Virus record (IMG/VR): IMGVR_UViG_3300021399_000098
Direction: 5' to 3' (one strand)
Origin: a virus
Taxonomy: Duplodnaviria > Caudoviricetes
Length of the DNA: 64,000 nucleotides
A model generated the notes under the pieces. The model ran no database searches, had not been told where the DNA came from, and saw only the letters and a program-made list of their open reading frames with translations. Below, piece by piece: positions 49,804 to 60,332 of the stretch. Position numbers and translations under genes: made by a program. Each line of letters begins with the position of its first letter. Position 1 is the first letter of the stretch.

Positions 49804-52800
49804 TTAATCACCACCCTCAATTATGTCAAGGATTCTGTCATATTCACTTTCAAGTGCTGAAATTTTACTGCTGTGCTGAGTGTCTTGCTGTGTTGACCTA
49901 GTTGCCTCAGACGTTAGGTTAGACTCCAATGCAGCTACTCTAGCTTCCAATGCAGATAGTTGACTTGTCAAACCACTTATGATTGCGTTCTTTGAAACGT
50001 ACAATGCATTTGCGTCAATTGATGCAGCATTATCATCGTGTGTGTTGTTAAGAATCAATCTAGCTTTCAAAACGTCTTCACTTGATACGTTTCTTTCCTT
50101 GGTCAACTCAATTGCTCCTTGGTGTCCATCTTCAGCTCTCCACTCTTCGATTAAGTCGCCTACTGGAACTCTAACGTCTTCCTTTCTAGCACCGTTTACA
50201 GTGTACTCAATTACAATCTCTTCATTTGGTTTGTCATAATAGATATTGTTTATTTCTGACTTACTCTTGAGCTTAATTGACGTAGTACCAATTGTATTGG
50301 TGAACAAAAGCTCATTGTCTTCCTCATCATATGCTAGGCTAGCATTTGCATAGATACCGTCAGCATTTAGTTTAATGATTTGTCCTTCACTTGTGCTGAT
50401 ATTAACACCAACTGCTGGTCTTGTTGCATTCGTGTTGTCAACTGTAATTGACGCATCCTTTGCAGTAATAGCTTCAAGCTTATTTAATACACTGTTTTCC
50501 AATGCAGTAACCCTTGTATCGAGTGCTGTGTCGGCAGTTTCTCTAGCTCTTGTCTCTTCTGTGATTGTGCTGTTAAGTTCAGCATCAGCAGCCTCACGAG
50601 TATTAGCCTCGTCTGTTACGGTAGCAGCAATTGCAGCGTCCTTTGCGTCAACTTCTGACTTAGAATAGAAATCTGTAGGTATTTCTTCCTTAGTTGCAAA
50701 CTTGTTGTCAGCCTCAGCCTTGTAATATACATCTACTGAATTTGCTTTGGTTGTTAGTGTATTTTCCAACAACATGTCAGCGTTTTGTCTAGCAGATGTT
50801 TCGTTATTCAACTGTGTCTGCAACGTAGTGATTTTTGCATTAAGCTCAACGTCAGCAGTTGTCAATGTGTTGATTTGAGTCTGCAATGCAGCATCGGCAG
50901 TTGACCTGTTGCTAGTTTCTGTAGCCAAGTCATTGCTAACTTGAGTGATGTATCTGTTCAAGCTCTGGTCAGCATCTTCTCTTGCAGTCTGCTCTCTAGC
51001 GATTTGCAAGCCCAATGCAACGTCTTCGTTCTGTCTTGTTGAAGCTTCATTGTTGATTGCCGTCTGTAAAGCTGAATCAGCGTTTTCTCTAGCGATAGCC
51101 TCAGTTGAAATTGCATTTGTCAATTCATTGTCTGCTGCTAGTCTCTCTGCTTTCTCTTGAGTGATTGCTGCTTCCAACAAAGCGTCTTTAGACTCTCTTG
51201 TAAGCTTCTCTAAGTCTAAGTCATTCTTGATGCCATCAATTCCTTCAACCTTCAAGCCTGCGCTAGATACGGTTAAATAGCTTTCAGATGCTGAATCAAC
51301 CTTAACGCTAACTTCACCTGCGCTGTTGACTTTAAGTCCATCTTTGAACTCAGCCTCAACTAAGAATATTGAAACGTCAAGGTATTCTTCTTTTTCAGTT
51401 CCGTCTTCCAAGATATAGGTGAACTTCAAGAACTGGCCTTCTCTAGAGCCATAATGGTCTACAAGTTCAACGTCCTTCAATGAAGAGTCCTTATAAACCT
51501 TAATCATTTCACCTAGCTGCTCACCACCAGCATTTGTAAGCTTATAGGCTTCTCTTACGTTTGCATCGAGTCCAATGGTTACTTTTTCAATCTTGACCTT
51601 ATTAGCCTCTATTTCGTCTGATAATGCTTCATCAGCAGCTTCCCTTGCAGCAACTTCAGCAGCAATAGCAGCTTCCAATTCAGCATCTTTGTCTGCTCTA
51701 GCTTGTGCCTCGTCAGCATCAGCTTGTGCCCTTGCAGCAGCTTCCTCATCGATTGCAGTCTGCAAAGCGGTGTCAGCAGATTCACGGATAGCAGCTTCAT
51801 TATCAATTGCCTCTTGTAATGCATTGTCAGCAGCTTCTCTAGCAGTAGCTTCCTCATCTATTGCGTTCTGCAAAGCGGTATCACCAGAAATTCTCTCAGC
51901 TTTTTCAGCTTCAAGTGCTTCCTCTAATGCAGTGTCAGCAGACTCACGGATAGCAGCTTCCTCATCTATTGCGTTCTGCAAAGCGGTATCAGCAGAAATT
52001 CTCTCAGCTTTCTCTTGCTCAAGTGCTTCTTCTAAAGCGGTGTCAGCAGATATGCGCTCTGCTTTCTCTTGTTCAAGTGCTTCTTCTAAAGCGGTGTCAG
52101 CAGAAATTCTTTCAGCTTTTTCCTCTTCCAATGCTTCCTCAAGGGCTGTGTCAGCAGATATGCGCTCAGATTTCTCTTGTTCTAAAGCTTCCTCAAGTGC
52201 GGTGTCAGCGGAGATGCGTTCAGCTTTCTCTTGCTCAAGAGCCTCTTCAAAGGCTTCTTCTAAAGCTGTGTCAGCAGATATGCGCTCTGCTTTCTCTTGC
52301 TCAAGTGCATCTTCCAATGCGGTATCAGCAGAGATACGTTCAGCTTTCTCTTGCTCAAGAGCCTCTTCAAGAGCACTATCACCAGAGATACGCTCTTCCT
52401 TCTCTTGTTCCAAAGCCTCTTCTAGAGCAGAGTCACTAGAAATGCGTTCTTGTATTTCTTCCTCAAGTGCTTCCTCAAGTGCAGAATCACCAGAGATACG
52501 TTCAGCTTTTTCTTGTTCTATCATTTCGATGATAGTTTCTCCGCTTGTGAAAGCTGAAATAACTTCCCAAATTTCTTGGTCAGCAGCTTCTCTTTCGGCC
52601 TTTTCTGTGTCGATTGTCTCAACTAGGTCATCAAGAGGAACTTCAACAAAGTCATCATTATCGAATGTAACAGTGATGTTTTTTGTTTCTGAATCGTAGC
52701 TAGCATTTTTAATTAAGTCAGAAGGATATACGTCTGACAACTTTGCGCTTGCGATTTTATCACCATTATCGTTCTTGAAGACAAAAGACTTACTGTTTCT

Positions 52801-52977
52801 ATCGTATTCAACACCAAAGAATGCGTCAGCTAGAATCTCTTCAATTTCCTTTTCAACGGTTGAACCTGACCCACCTTGACCATCTATGATAGCTTGGCAA
52901 ATCATATTACCTTCGCTCATATACTTGTTTTGCTCCCTGTAGCCATATGGCTGTTGCATTCTGTTTCCTTTATTCAT
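49804..52977 (-). CDS. Coiled-coil fibre protein with 18-aa tandem repeats
   Basis: LEQEKAERISADTALEEA repeats; N-terminal PYGYREQNKY; shares modules with 17213-22396. Confidence 0.75.
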   Translation of the reverse strand: MNKGNRMQQPYGYREQNKYMSEGNMICQAIIDGQGGSGSTVEKEIEEILADAFFGVEYDRNSKSFVFKNDNGDKIASAKLSDVYPSDLIKNASYDSETKNITVTFDNDDFVEVPLDDLVETIDTEKAEREAADQEIWEVISAFTSGETIIEMIEQEKAERISGDSALEEALEEEIQERISSDSALEEALEQEKEERISGDSALEEALEQEKAERISADTALEDALEQEKAERISADTALEEAFEEALEQEKAERISADTALEEALEQEKSERISADTALEEALEEEKAERISADTALEEALEQEKAERISADTALEEALEQEKAERISADTALQNAIDEEAAIRESADTALEEALEAEKAERISGDTALQNAIDEEATAREAADNALQEAIDNEAAIRESADTALQTAIDEEAAARAQADADEAQARADKDAELEAAIAAEVAAREAADEALSDEIEANKVKIEKVTIGLDANVREAYKLTNAGGEQLGEMIKVYKDSSLKDVELVDHYGSREGQFLKFTYILEDGTEKEEYLDVSIFLVEAEFKDGLKVNSAGEVSVKVDSASESYLTVSSAGLKVEGIDGIKNDLDLEKLTRESKDALLEAAITQEKAERLAADNELTNAISTEAIARENADSALQTAINNEASTRQNEDVALGLQIAREQTAREDADQSLNRYITQVSNDLATETSNRSTADAALQTQINTLTTADVELNAKITTLQTQLNNETSARQNADMLLENTLTTKANSVDVYYKAEADNKFATKEEIPTDFYSKSEVDAKDAAIAATVTDEANTREAADAELNSTITEETRARETADTALDTRVTALENSVLNKLEAITAKDASITVDNTNATRPAVGVNISTSEGQIIKLNADGIYANASLAYDEEDNELLFTNTIGTTSIKLKSKSEINNIYYDKPNEEIVIEYTVNGARKEDVRVPVGDLIEEWRAEDGHQGAIELTKERNVSSEDVLKARLILNNTHDDNAASIDANALYVSKNAIISGLTSQLSALEARVAALESNLTSEATRSTQQDTQHSSKISALESEYDRILDIIEGGD
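51770..52520 (-). repeat. Degenerate 54-bp tandem repeat encoding 18-aa coiled-coil units (approximate bounds)
   Basis: More than a dozen EQEKAERISADTAL-type units, one with a 4-aa insertion (FEEA). Confidence 0.85.
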
Positions 52978-53006
52978 TTTTCAAATATTTTATTAGTTAT
53001 AGTTTA

Positions 53007-55007
53007 TTAAATCAAGTTTCCAATAATTGTGTTAAGGCATTTGTATTCACCGTTAATCCACATATAGATGTCACCATTTTTTCTGACCTCAAATGCATTT
53101 TTTCTGTCAATAGTAGAAGTACCTATGCCGATACTAAACACAGTTTTTTCGTCATCATTGAATCCAGTATTTGATTTATTATATCTACCAAATGCAGCTT
53201 CTTGCTCGTTCTTTGCTTCAACACCTTCTGAAACATTGGCAATTGATACCTTCATGTCATGCACCTCTCTATGCATTACATCAACGATTCCATTACCCTC
53301 ATCAGTATAGTCCGCACGGTCATCGCCTTTCCAGTCAGTTAATGCTGCAACGATGTTTCCGATGTGTGTTGTTGCGCTAATCAAACTTGTTTCTTGTCCT
53401 AGTGCACGAGAACGTTCACTTGCTATGCTTGCTGCCAATGAAACCTCTTCACCTCTAGCGCGTTGTCTCTCAGCCTCTACCTTGCCGTCTATTTCGTTTA
53501 GAACGTCATTCTTAACAGCATTTACATATGTCTTGTCAGCCTTTCCGCTTATTTCTCTCTCAAGAGGTTCTACAATCTCGTCTTGGATGAATATTCTAAG
53601 CTGGCTATCCTTGTTGTCAGTATAAATGTTAGCCTCATCAACAGCATTTGCAGCAACCTTATCAGCGTACTTTCTAGTTCCGTAAATGGTCAATGCAATA
53701 TCCTTATCAGTTGGTTGTCCAACGATGGCAGCATCACTTGCAATTCGGTCAGCAATTTCTTGTTCCAAACCACTCTCAAGGTTTGCAATCTTATTGTCTC
53801 TTCCAACATTATCCTCTTCGATGTCATCAATTAAATCGTCAACCCCATCTATTCTGTTACCCAATGCAGCATCACTAGCAATGCGGTCAGCAATTTCTTG
53901 GTCGATTTTCCCATTCAAGCCATCAACTGCGGCACTCACTTCATTTAATGCAGTCTTGTCAGCTTTTTTATCATCCAAGTTATTGATTGCGTTTGTGATG
54001 TTTGTCTTGTCAACGTTATAGTCAATCTTGTCAACCTTATTGTTCAAGTTAGACTTAACAACATCTACTTCAGCTTTTAAATCATTGAAATCACTCTTAT
54101 TTACCTTGTTTGGTAATGCAACCTCATTGATTTGCCTAATGTCTTCCTTATTTGCATTGATTTGGTTCTGCAAGTCATCAACTCTTCCGTTTAGACCGTC
54201 AATTTCCCTGTCATGCTTAGTCTCCAAAGTTGTGAGTCTTCCATTAAGGGTATCTAATCTAGCGTTGGTGTTGTTCTTGAACGTTGTGTAATCGTTGTTT
54301 AATGAATTGTACTGGTTGTACAAATTCGTTTGAACATCGTTAACTCTATCCTCAAGGGCTGTAAGCCTTGCTTTTGTAGCGTATTTCGAATCGGCATCAG
54401 TTTCAGTAATGAAACCTCTATTCATGACCCACTCCTTAGTTGCTACGTTATCCGTACCTTCTTCGATTAGTTGGTCAACCTCTCTTTTTGTATATACATC
54501 AGACTTTTTGGCATAAGTTTCCTCTGCCTCAGTCTTGTCTAATTTTTTCCCAAGCTCTTCGCTTATCTCAGCGAATTTCCTCTCAGCTTCCTCTTCGAAT
54601 CCTGCGTAATTGTCAACCTTTTGATTCAATGCGGTAATCTCTCCGTCAATTTCACCAAGTCTGTCATAGATTGGGTTGAAGTCATCAACAAGCTCATTCA
54701 ACTTATCGGTGATTTCAACGTCTCTCTGCTGCAAGCCATTAATCTTTTCAGAGTTAGAAGCAATTGCATGAGCTAGACTTTCATTGATGCGTGCTTGAGT
54801 ATCAATGAAACTGTCAACTTTTCCGCTAAGTTCGTTTACCAACTCAAGGTCAGCCTTTTCTTTAGTTGCGCCAGAAAGCTCGCTAATCTCCTTGTCTTGC
54901 TCCTTGTTAGTTTCACGAATGTCACTCAAGTCTGCATTAGGGATGCCGATATATACGTTCTGGTCAGCATAACCATAGTATTCTAGGTGTCTTATTCTTT
55001 TTCCCAT
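53007..55007 (-). CDS. Coiled-coil fibre protein
   Basis: KADK-type coiled-coil breaks; C-terminal domain paralogous to 7514-8338; N-terminal YYGYADQNVY. Confidence 0.7.
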   Translation of the reverse strand: MGKRIRHLEYYGYADQNVYIGIPNADLSDIRETNKEQDKEISELSGATKEKADLELVNELSGKVDSFIDTQARINESLAHAIASNSEKINGLQQRDVEITDKLNELVDDFNPIYDRLGEIDGEITALNQKVDNYAGFEEEAERKFAEISEELGKKLDKTEAEETYAKKSDVYTKREVDQLIEEGTDNVATKEWVMNRGFITETDADSKYATKARLTALEDRVNDVQTNLYNQYNSLNNDYTTFKNNTNARLDTLNGRLTTLETKHDREIDGLNGRVDDLQNQINANKEDIRQINEVALPNKVNKSDFNDLKAEVDVVKSNLNNKVDKIDYNVDKTNITNAINNLDDKKADKTALNEVSAAVDGLNGKIDQEIADRIASDAALGNRIDGVDDLIDDIEEDNVGRDNKIANLESGLEQEIADRIASDAAIVGQPTDKDIALTIYGTRKYADKVAANAVDEANIYTDNKDSQLRIFIQDEIVEPLEREISGKADKTYVNAVKNDVLNEIDGKVEAERQRARGEEVSLAASIASERSRALGQETSLISATTHIGNIVAALTDWKGDDRADYTDEGNGIVDVMHREVHDMKVSIANVSEGVEAKNEQEAAFGRYNKSNTGFNDDEKTVFSIGIGTSTIDRKNAFEVRKNGDIYMWINGEYKCLNTIIGNLI

Positions 55008-55100
55008 ATTATTTAATATATTTAACTAGTTAATTTACTATAAATATCTTCTGTCATTTAAAAAAACAAATGCAATAGAGATTTTCTATTGCACTTATCT

Positions 55101-55643
55101 TTATGCTGTAAATTCAGAAGAATCAACAGGACTACATTGCACTGTTCTATATAATGGAACTGTGCCCCAAAGTGTATGACTGTTGTCATAATTGTTCCTA
55201 CCGTCATTGTTAACAACGAAAAACTCCATATGCTCTGGAGAAATCTGTATTCCAATGTAATCACCCTTCTTGATGTCAACGTTCAGTTCATCCAATGTCT
55301 CTTGGTAGACGCCAACGGTAAGCTTGCCTGTTTTCATGTAAGTTCCCAATTGCTTTTCCTTGTCATAGGATTTCAATTCAGGTTCTTCAATCTTATATAC
55401 ACAAGGTATTTCAACTGGTGTCTTGTACATCACATCATTGGGGTCTGTTTCGCCATACACGGCATCAACTTGAGTCTGTGACGCATCCACTTGGTACAAT
55501 ACAACAGTTTGACCCATATCTTGTTCGATATAGTTCTTACCAATATCTCTTTCCAATGCAAACGACTCTGCATCATAAAATAAACTGTTCCTATTAATTG
55601 GAACACGTCTAATGCTTTTTGTATTAAATTGTATTTTTGCCAT
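55101..55643 (-). CDS. Putative head-closure/neck protein
   Basis: DAVYGE...PVEIPC...DIKKGDYI pattern; start at MAKIQF. Confidence 0.45.
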   Translation of the reverse strand: MAKIQFNTKSIRRVPINRNSLFYDAESFALERDIGKNYIEQDMGQTVVLYQVDASQTQVDAVYGETDPNDVMYKTPVEIPCVYKIEEPELKSYDKEKQLGTYMKTGKLTVGVYQETLDELNVDIKKGDYIGIQISPEHMEFFVVNNDGRNNYDNSHTLWGTVPLYRTVQCSPVDSSEFTA

Positions 55644-55645
55644 AA

Positions 55646-56434
55646 TTAATCTGCATAATGTTTTTCCCAAAGGTCAAGATTCATGCCAGCATCTAGTATA
55701 ACTAGTGTTGGCTTTCCGTCTCTATTGACCATTCCATAATTTTCAACGTTACAAAAATCAGACATTCCTGTTTCCTCAACCAAATCCCTAAGTGCACTCA
55801 ACCATTCTGAATTGTCTATCATATTTTCAATTTCTTCAGAATGATAACCTTCATCTGTTACATAATTGGATTCCAAATAACAGAAAATATCATACAACGT
55901 ATTTCCTTTATACTCTTGATACGGAGTTTTAATATTATCAAAATATTTATTAAACCCAACTGTTGTATCACCTTTGCCATTCTTACTAGAAACTTTCTTT
56001 GAGTTCTGATACCAAACATTGTTCACTGGTATACCCAATATTTTCTCAAAGTCTGTTTCTGTAGCTGGAACAACATTTTCACAAACAATGTATGTAAAAT
56101 TTTCGTCTGCATCAAATACTCTAGCTAATAATGGAGATTTATAACGGTTGTACATTTCATATTCCAATTTATTTTGTTCAACCCCAGCATTTCTATAGTC
56201 ACCCATAGCTAGTTTCAAAACAACATTATCGCTTAATGTGAATACACATCTTGAAGAACCGAAACCATCTGGCTCCCCTAACCATTTAACGCAATATTCA
56301 TACTGTTTCTCCCAATCTCTCCAATCAGAAAAAGCATCGCCACCAAGAATAGACAAGGTTTCAAAAGAAAAGCCTTCTCTATAAGCCTCAAACAGCCTAT
56401 TTTTCTGTGATTCGTTTATTTTAATAATTTTCAT
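55646..56434 (-). CDS. Protein-kinase-like protein with N-terminal tag
   Basis: Gly loop GFGSSRCVF, VVLKLA, QNKLE, DFCNVENYG and ILDAG; leader MKIIKINESQKNRLFE. Confidence 0.65.
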   Translation of the reverse strand: MKIIKINESQKNRLFEAYREGFSFETLSILGGDAFSDWRDWEKQYEYCVKWLGEPDGFGSSRCVFTLSDNVVLKLAMGDYRNAGVEQNKLEYEMYNRYKSPLLARVFDADENFTYIVCENVVPATETDFEKILGIPVNNVWYQNSKKVSSKNGKGDTTVGFNKYFDNIKTPYQEYKGNTLYDIFCYLESNYVTDEGYHSEEIENMIDNSEWLSALRDLVEETGMSDFCNVENYGMVNRDGKPTLVILDAGMNLDLWEKHYAD

Positions 56435-56535
56435 ACAAAGAAACATTTTATATAAATATTTTCAAAAAAACATTTGTCTAGCTATTGATTTTTCAAAATA
56501 AAATATTATATTTTATTAATAAAATATAATATTTT

Positions 56536-58500
56536 ATGGCATTATCATTAAGTAAAATAGAAAAAGCTCACGAATTATTGAAGAATTACAACGGTAGCAA
56601 TTCTTACATAATTAAACTCAGGAACGTCATATTTGCCTACAGACTTAGGGCTATGAACGATTTTGAGGCTGAGTATGTTCTGTGTAATTATGACAAAGAG
56701 CCTAAGTTAATCAATAAAATTGTTAAAATAGCTGATTGGTATGGAGTAAAATGTCAAGAAGAGTGGAAAACTGAATTTACACCGAATAGGTTCAAAATTA
56801 CATGGTTTTTGGGCGAAACATCACAATTCTATCATTTCTATTGTGTCTATAGAAGGTCACAAGAAAAAGCTGTTGAGGTCTTTGCCCCAAAGAAAGGAAT
56901 CCTCACTGATTTCCTATGTGAGGATTGGAACTTGAAAGAAATTGATTTTAAGCCCTACAGCGACAAAAGTGGGCGCACCCTTTATCCTTATCAAGAAGAG
57001 GCTGTAAAGTTCCTTATAAGCCGTAAAAAGGCCATTCTCGCAAGCGAAATGGGCAGTGGTAAGACGTTGGCGGCAATCATAGCAGCATTGGAGGGAAAAT
57101 ACGAGAAGATTCTGATAATATGTCCAGCATCTGTAAAGCTCACTTGGAAAAAAGAATTGAACTTGTTGGTTGACGATGATGATATAACAATAGTTGAGGG
57201 TAGCAAGTGGAAGGAAAACAAATTCACAATCATCAACTATGACATTCTTAGGAATTTCTACGAAGTTCCAACTGAAATTGTCAAAAAGAAGGAACTTAAC
57301 TTGGATGACGATGGAAAAATTGTAAATATCATAAAGGAAAGGGAAGTCGTTTCAAGGAAGAAGTCAGTAATTGAAGAAGCAATGGAAAACAGCCAGCTTT
57401 ACCAATCAAAGTTCGACTTGGTGATAATAGACGAGGCACACAGGCTTTCAAACACCACAAGCGGAATTTTCAAGATAGTTTCTGACCTAATGCACAGAAG
57501 TAACCCTAAAGGTATTTTTGCCATAACTGGAACTCCTATCACCAACCGTCCTATAAATTTCTTCAACATACTGAAGATAATTGATGCTCCGTTGGCTAGT
57601 GATTGGAAATATTATGTTGAAAGATATTGTGACGGAAAGTTCTTCTACAATAAAAAAGAACGTGATGCATACTCTGCAATATTCTGTAGGAAAAAGAAAA
57701 AGGGTAGTTGGTATGACCTCACTCAAGAGGAAAAAGAAGAGCTTGATGGAATACTAGACAAAAACTGCAAGAAAATATGGGTCACTAACGGTTCTTCAAA
57801 CCTAGATGAGCTTCAAGAAGTAGTAAAGTCATACTATCTCAGAAGACTAAAAAGTGATTTCGGAAAGATAGTTAAAAAGACTGTTAAGGTTTTGAATTAC
57901 AAATTAACACCACAAGAAAAAAAGGAATATGACAGCGTATGGGAAGAGTATATTACGTCAAAAAATAACATTGACAAAGAGGATATTGACAAATATAAAA
58001 ATATTACTGAAGGGATTATGTTACGTCAATGGTTAGCAAAATCCATGACATCAAAGACGATTAAACTAGCGCAGAAATGCATAGACAGAGGTTATAAAGT
58101 GGTTATATTCTGCTCGTTTGATGATGAGCTTAACACCATTAAAAAAGCATTTAAAGACATTTGTGTAGTGCATAATGGAAAACAAACTGCCAAGAGGAAA
58201 GACAAAGCTGTGGAAGAGTTTCAAAATAACCCTGATATAAAAGTGTTTATCGGAAACATACAATCCGCTGGAGTTGGCCTTACCCTTGTCGCTTCTCGTG
58301 TTGCAATATTCAACAGCTTTTCATGGGTAAGCGGTGACAATCTGCAAGCAGAAGACAGGATTCACAGATTAAATCAAAAAAATGATGTAACTATTTATTA
58401 TCAAGTTTTTGAAGATACTTTTTATAAGGAAATGCTAGAAAAAGTGAGAGGAAAACAAGAAATAATAAACAATATAATCATTAGCGAAAATGATAAATGA
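56536..58500 (+). CDS. SNF2-family helicase/ATPase
   Basis: EMGSGKT, DEAH, TGTPITN, AGVGLTL and QAEDRIHR motifs. Confidence 0.92.
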   Translation: MALSLSKIEKAHELLKNYNGSNSYIIKLRNVIFAYRLRAMNDFEAEYVLCNYDKEPKLINKIVKIADWYGVKCQEEWKTEFTPNRFKITWFLGETSQFYHFYCVYRRSQEKAVEVFAPKKGILTDFLCEDWNLKEIDFKPYSDKSGRTLYPYQEEAVKFLISRKKAILASEMGSGKTLAAIIAALEGKYEKILIICPASVKLTWKKELNLLVDDDDITIVEGSKWKENKFTIINYDILRNFYEVPTEIVKKKELNLDDDGKIVNIIKEREVVSRKKSVIEEAMENSQLYQSKFDLVIIDEAHRLSNTTSGIFKIVSDLMHRSNPKGIFAITGTPITNRPINFFNILKIIDAPLASDWKYYVERYCDGKFFYNKKERDAYSAIFCRKKKKGSWYDLTQEEKEELDGILDKNCKKIWVTNGSSNLDELQEVVKSYYLRRLKSDFGKIVKKTVKVLNYKLTPQEKKEYDSVWEEYITSKNNIDKEDIDKYKNITEGIMLRQWLAKSMTSKTIKLAQKCIDRGYKVVIFCSFDDELNTIKKAFKDICVVHNGKQTAKRKDKAVEEFQNNPDIKVFIGNIQSAGVGLTLVASRVAIFNSFSWVSGDNLQAEDRIHRLNQKNDVTIYYQVFEDTFYKEMLEKVRGKQEIINNIIISENDK

Positions 58501-58507
58501 AAACAAT

Positions 58508-59068
58508 ATGAACGTTATTAAAACTGATATTGAAGGTGTTGTGATAATTGAACCAAAAATATTTAAAGACTCTAGAGGGTATTTTTTTGAGTCATTTTCA
58601 CAAAGGGAGTTTGATGAAAATGTAACTCCAATTAATTTCGTACAAGATAACGAAAGTATGTCTTCATATGGAGTTATGAGAGGTTTGCATTTCCAAAAAC
58701 CTCCATATGCTCAAAGCAAGTTGGTAAGATGTGTTAAGGGAAGAGTTTTGGATGTTGCTGTTGACATTAGGAAAGGCAGTCCTACATATGGTAGGCATGT
58801 AGCTGTAGAGCTTACAGAGGATAATCACAGACAATTATTCATCCCTAAAGGATTTGCTCATGGGTTTGCCGTACTGTCAGATGTTGCAGTGTTCCAATAT
58901 AAGTGTGATGAGTTCTATCATCCAGAGGTGGACGGTGGTATCAGTATTATAGACGATTCACTTGGGATAGATTGGAAAATACCAACAGACAAGGCAATAT
59001 TAAGTGAAAAGGACACAAAACATCCTTTGATGACTGAATTTGATTCACCATTTATTTATGAAAAATAA
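58508..59068 (+). CDS. rfbC: dTDP-4-dehydrorhamnose 3,5-epimerase
   Basis: DSRGYFFE, FVQDNES, RGLHFQ, DVAVDIRKGSPTYG and GFAHGF motifs. Confidence 0.95.
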   Translation: MNVIKTDIEGVVIIEPKIFKDSRGYFFESFSQREFDENVTPINFVQDNESMSSYGVMRGLHFQKPPYAQSKLVRCVKGRVLDVAVDIRKGSPTYGRHVAVELTEDNHRQLFIPKGFAHGFAVLSDVAVFQYKCDEFYHPEVDGGISIIDDSLGIDWKIPTDKAILSEKDTKHPLMTEFDSPFIYEK

Positions 59069-59088
59069 TTTATACAAAATAACTAGTT

Positions 59089-59934
59089 ATGAACATTAAT
59101 TTAGATGACAAGAAAATTGTAAAAATCGTTTATGCTGTTGATGATTTTACGGAGTTGAGCATTGAATTTAAAGACGGCAACATTTGTGCGGTAAACAAAA
59201 AGTACAAGAATGAAAATTCAAATTTCATGAATGAAATCAAGGACATGTTGGAAAAGAGTAGGTCATCAAATTGGCCAAGTGATATTGTTAGACGCAGGAA
59301 TGAAATTGAACAAGATAGGGAAAACTTGGAAAAGTCTGCCAATGCAAAAAGAACAGCAAAGAATTCTGAAATAAAAAATCTGTACGACTGCAAAAAGTTG
59401 ATAGACATGGACAAAGATGGCAAACTTGATGAAATAGTCAAGGAGCATAAAGAAAATGGTATACTACACAAATATGCTACGTTATTTGACACTTCATGTA
59501 AAAATAAGTCTGATTTTGACAGATTAAATGAAGGTTTAAACGCTTTGGAATATGCCACTAACAAAATTTGTGACAAAAACAAAGAAGAAAAAGCCGTAAA
59601 AAAGGCAATAGAAGATGCAGCAGAAGGTTCAACAGATAAAAAATACGAATCCGATGTTAAAAAGGATTTTATGTCAACTTTAGATACAATCAAAGAAAAC
59701 GCTGAAAAATACATTGATGCCAAAGAATTAGAGGCAAAAAAGCATAAGGAAGAAATAACAGAGCTAATTCCAAACTTTGAAATAACTCGAATATTAATGG
59801 AACTTGTTAAAATGGGATATTTTGAAGAAATTGGAAAACAATCAGATGAGGTTGAAAAATCACTATTTAGGGCTAGGTCAATAGTGGATGCAATAAATAA
59901 AGTTAAGACTAGAAAAACTAAGAATAATGATTGA
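59089..59934 (+). CDS. Hypothetical charged helical protein
   Basis: 281-aa ORF. Confidence 0.6.
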   Translation: MNINLDDKKIVKIVYAVDDFTELSIEFKDGNICAVNKKYKNENSNFMNEIKDMLEKSRSSNWPSDIVRRRNEIEQDRENLEKSANAKRTAKNSEIKNLYDCKKLIDMDKDGKLDEIVKEHKENGILHKYATLFDTSCKNKSDFDRLNEGLNALEYATNKICDKNKEEKAVKKAIEDAAEGSTDKKYESDVKKDFMSTLDTIKENAEKYIDAKELEAKKHKEEITELIPNFEITRILMELVKMGYFEEIGKQSDEVEKSLFRARSIVDAINKVKTRKTKNND

Positions 59935-60331
59935 AAAAGACGAGGTGGTTAAACTTGGATTTATAAGACTAATCGGTGAAGAAACTGATGGGTATTACAG
60001 ATATGAGTTTATATTTACTGACAACATTGATGAGTTTTGGGGAGAAAATTTCGAATATAAACCAGCTTGCTTGGTTAACGACTTAACTCCGATGGATGAA
60101 TACATAACCGAAATTCACATTGTAAAAATGAAAATCAAACTAGACCTCATACAAAATTCATGCTGTTTCGGCTTCCAAGACTGTGCGGATGGCATAATTG
60201 CAATGGCATGGGAGAACTTGGACGAATATGATGAATATCCTGAAGAAGGTAGATTGTTCTTTAGATTCGGTGAGACATTAGAAGAGGTCGAAGAAAAATT
60301 AGCAATAAAAAACGTATTAATGATGAATTGA
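59927..60331 (+). CDS. Hypothetical acidic protein
   Basis: 134 aa; DCADGIIAMAWE motif. Confidence 0.65.
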   Translation: MIEKDEVVKLGFIRLIGEETDGYYRYEFIFTDNIDEFWGENFEYKPACLVNDLTPMDEYITEIHIVKMKIKLDLIQNSCCFGFQDCADGIIAMAWENLDEYDEYPEEGRLFFRFGETLEEVEEKLAIKNVLMMN

Positions 60332-60332
60332 T

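Noticed and set aside
51770-52520. Regular repeats as a possible CRISPR array
   Set aside because: Units are contiguous, in frame and vary synonymously, with no unique spacers.
51575-52699. 374-aa plus-strand Ser/Ala-rich ORF and similar antisense ORFs (e.g. 4701-5414, 18633-19433)
   Set aside because: These are shadow frames of repetitive minus-strand fibre genes.
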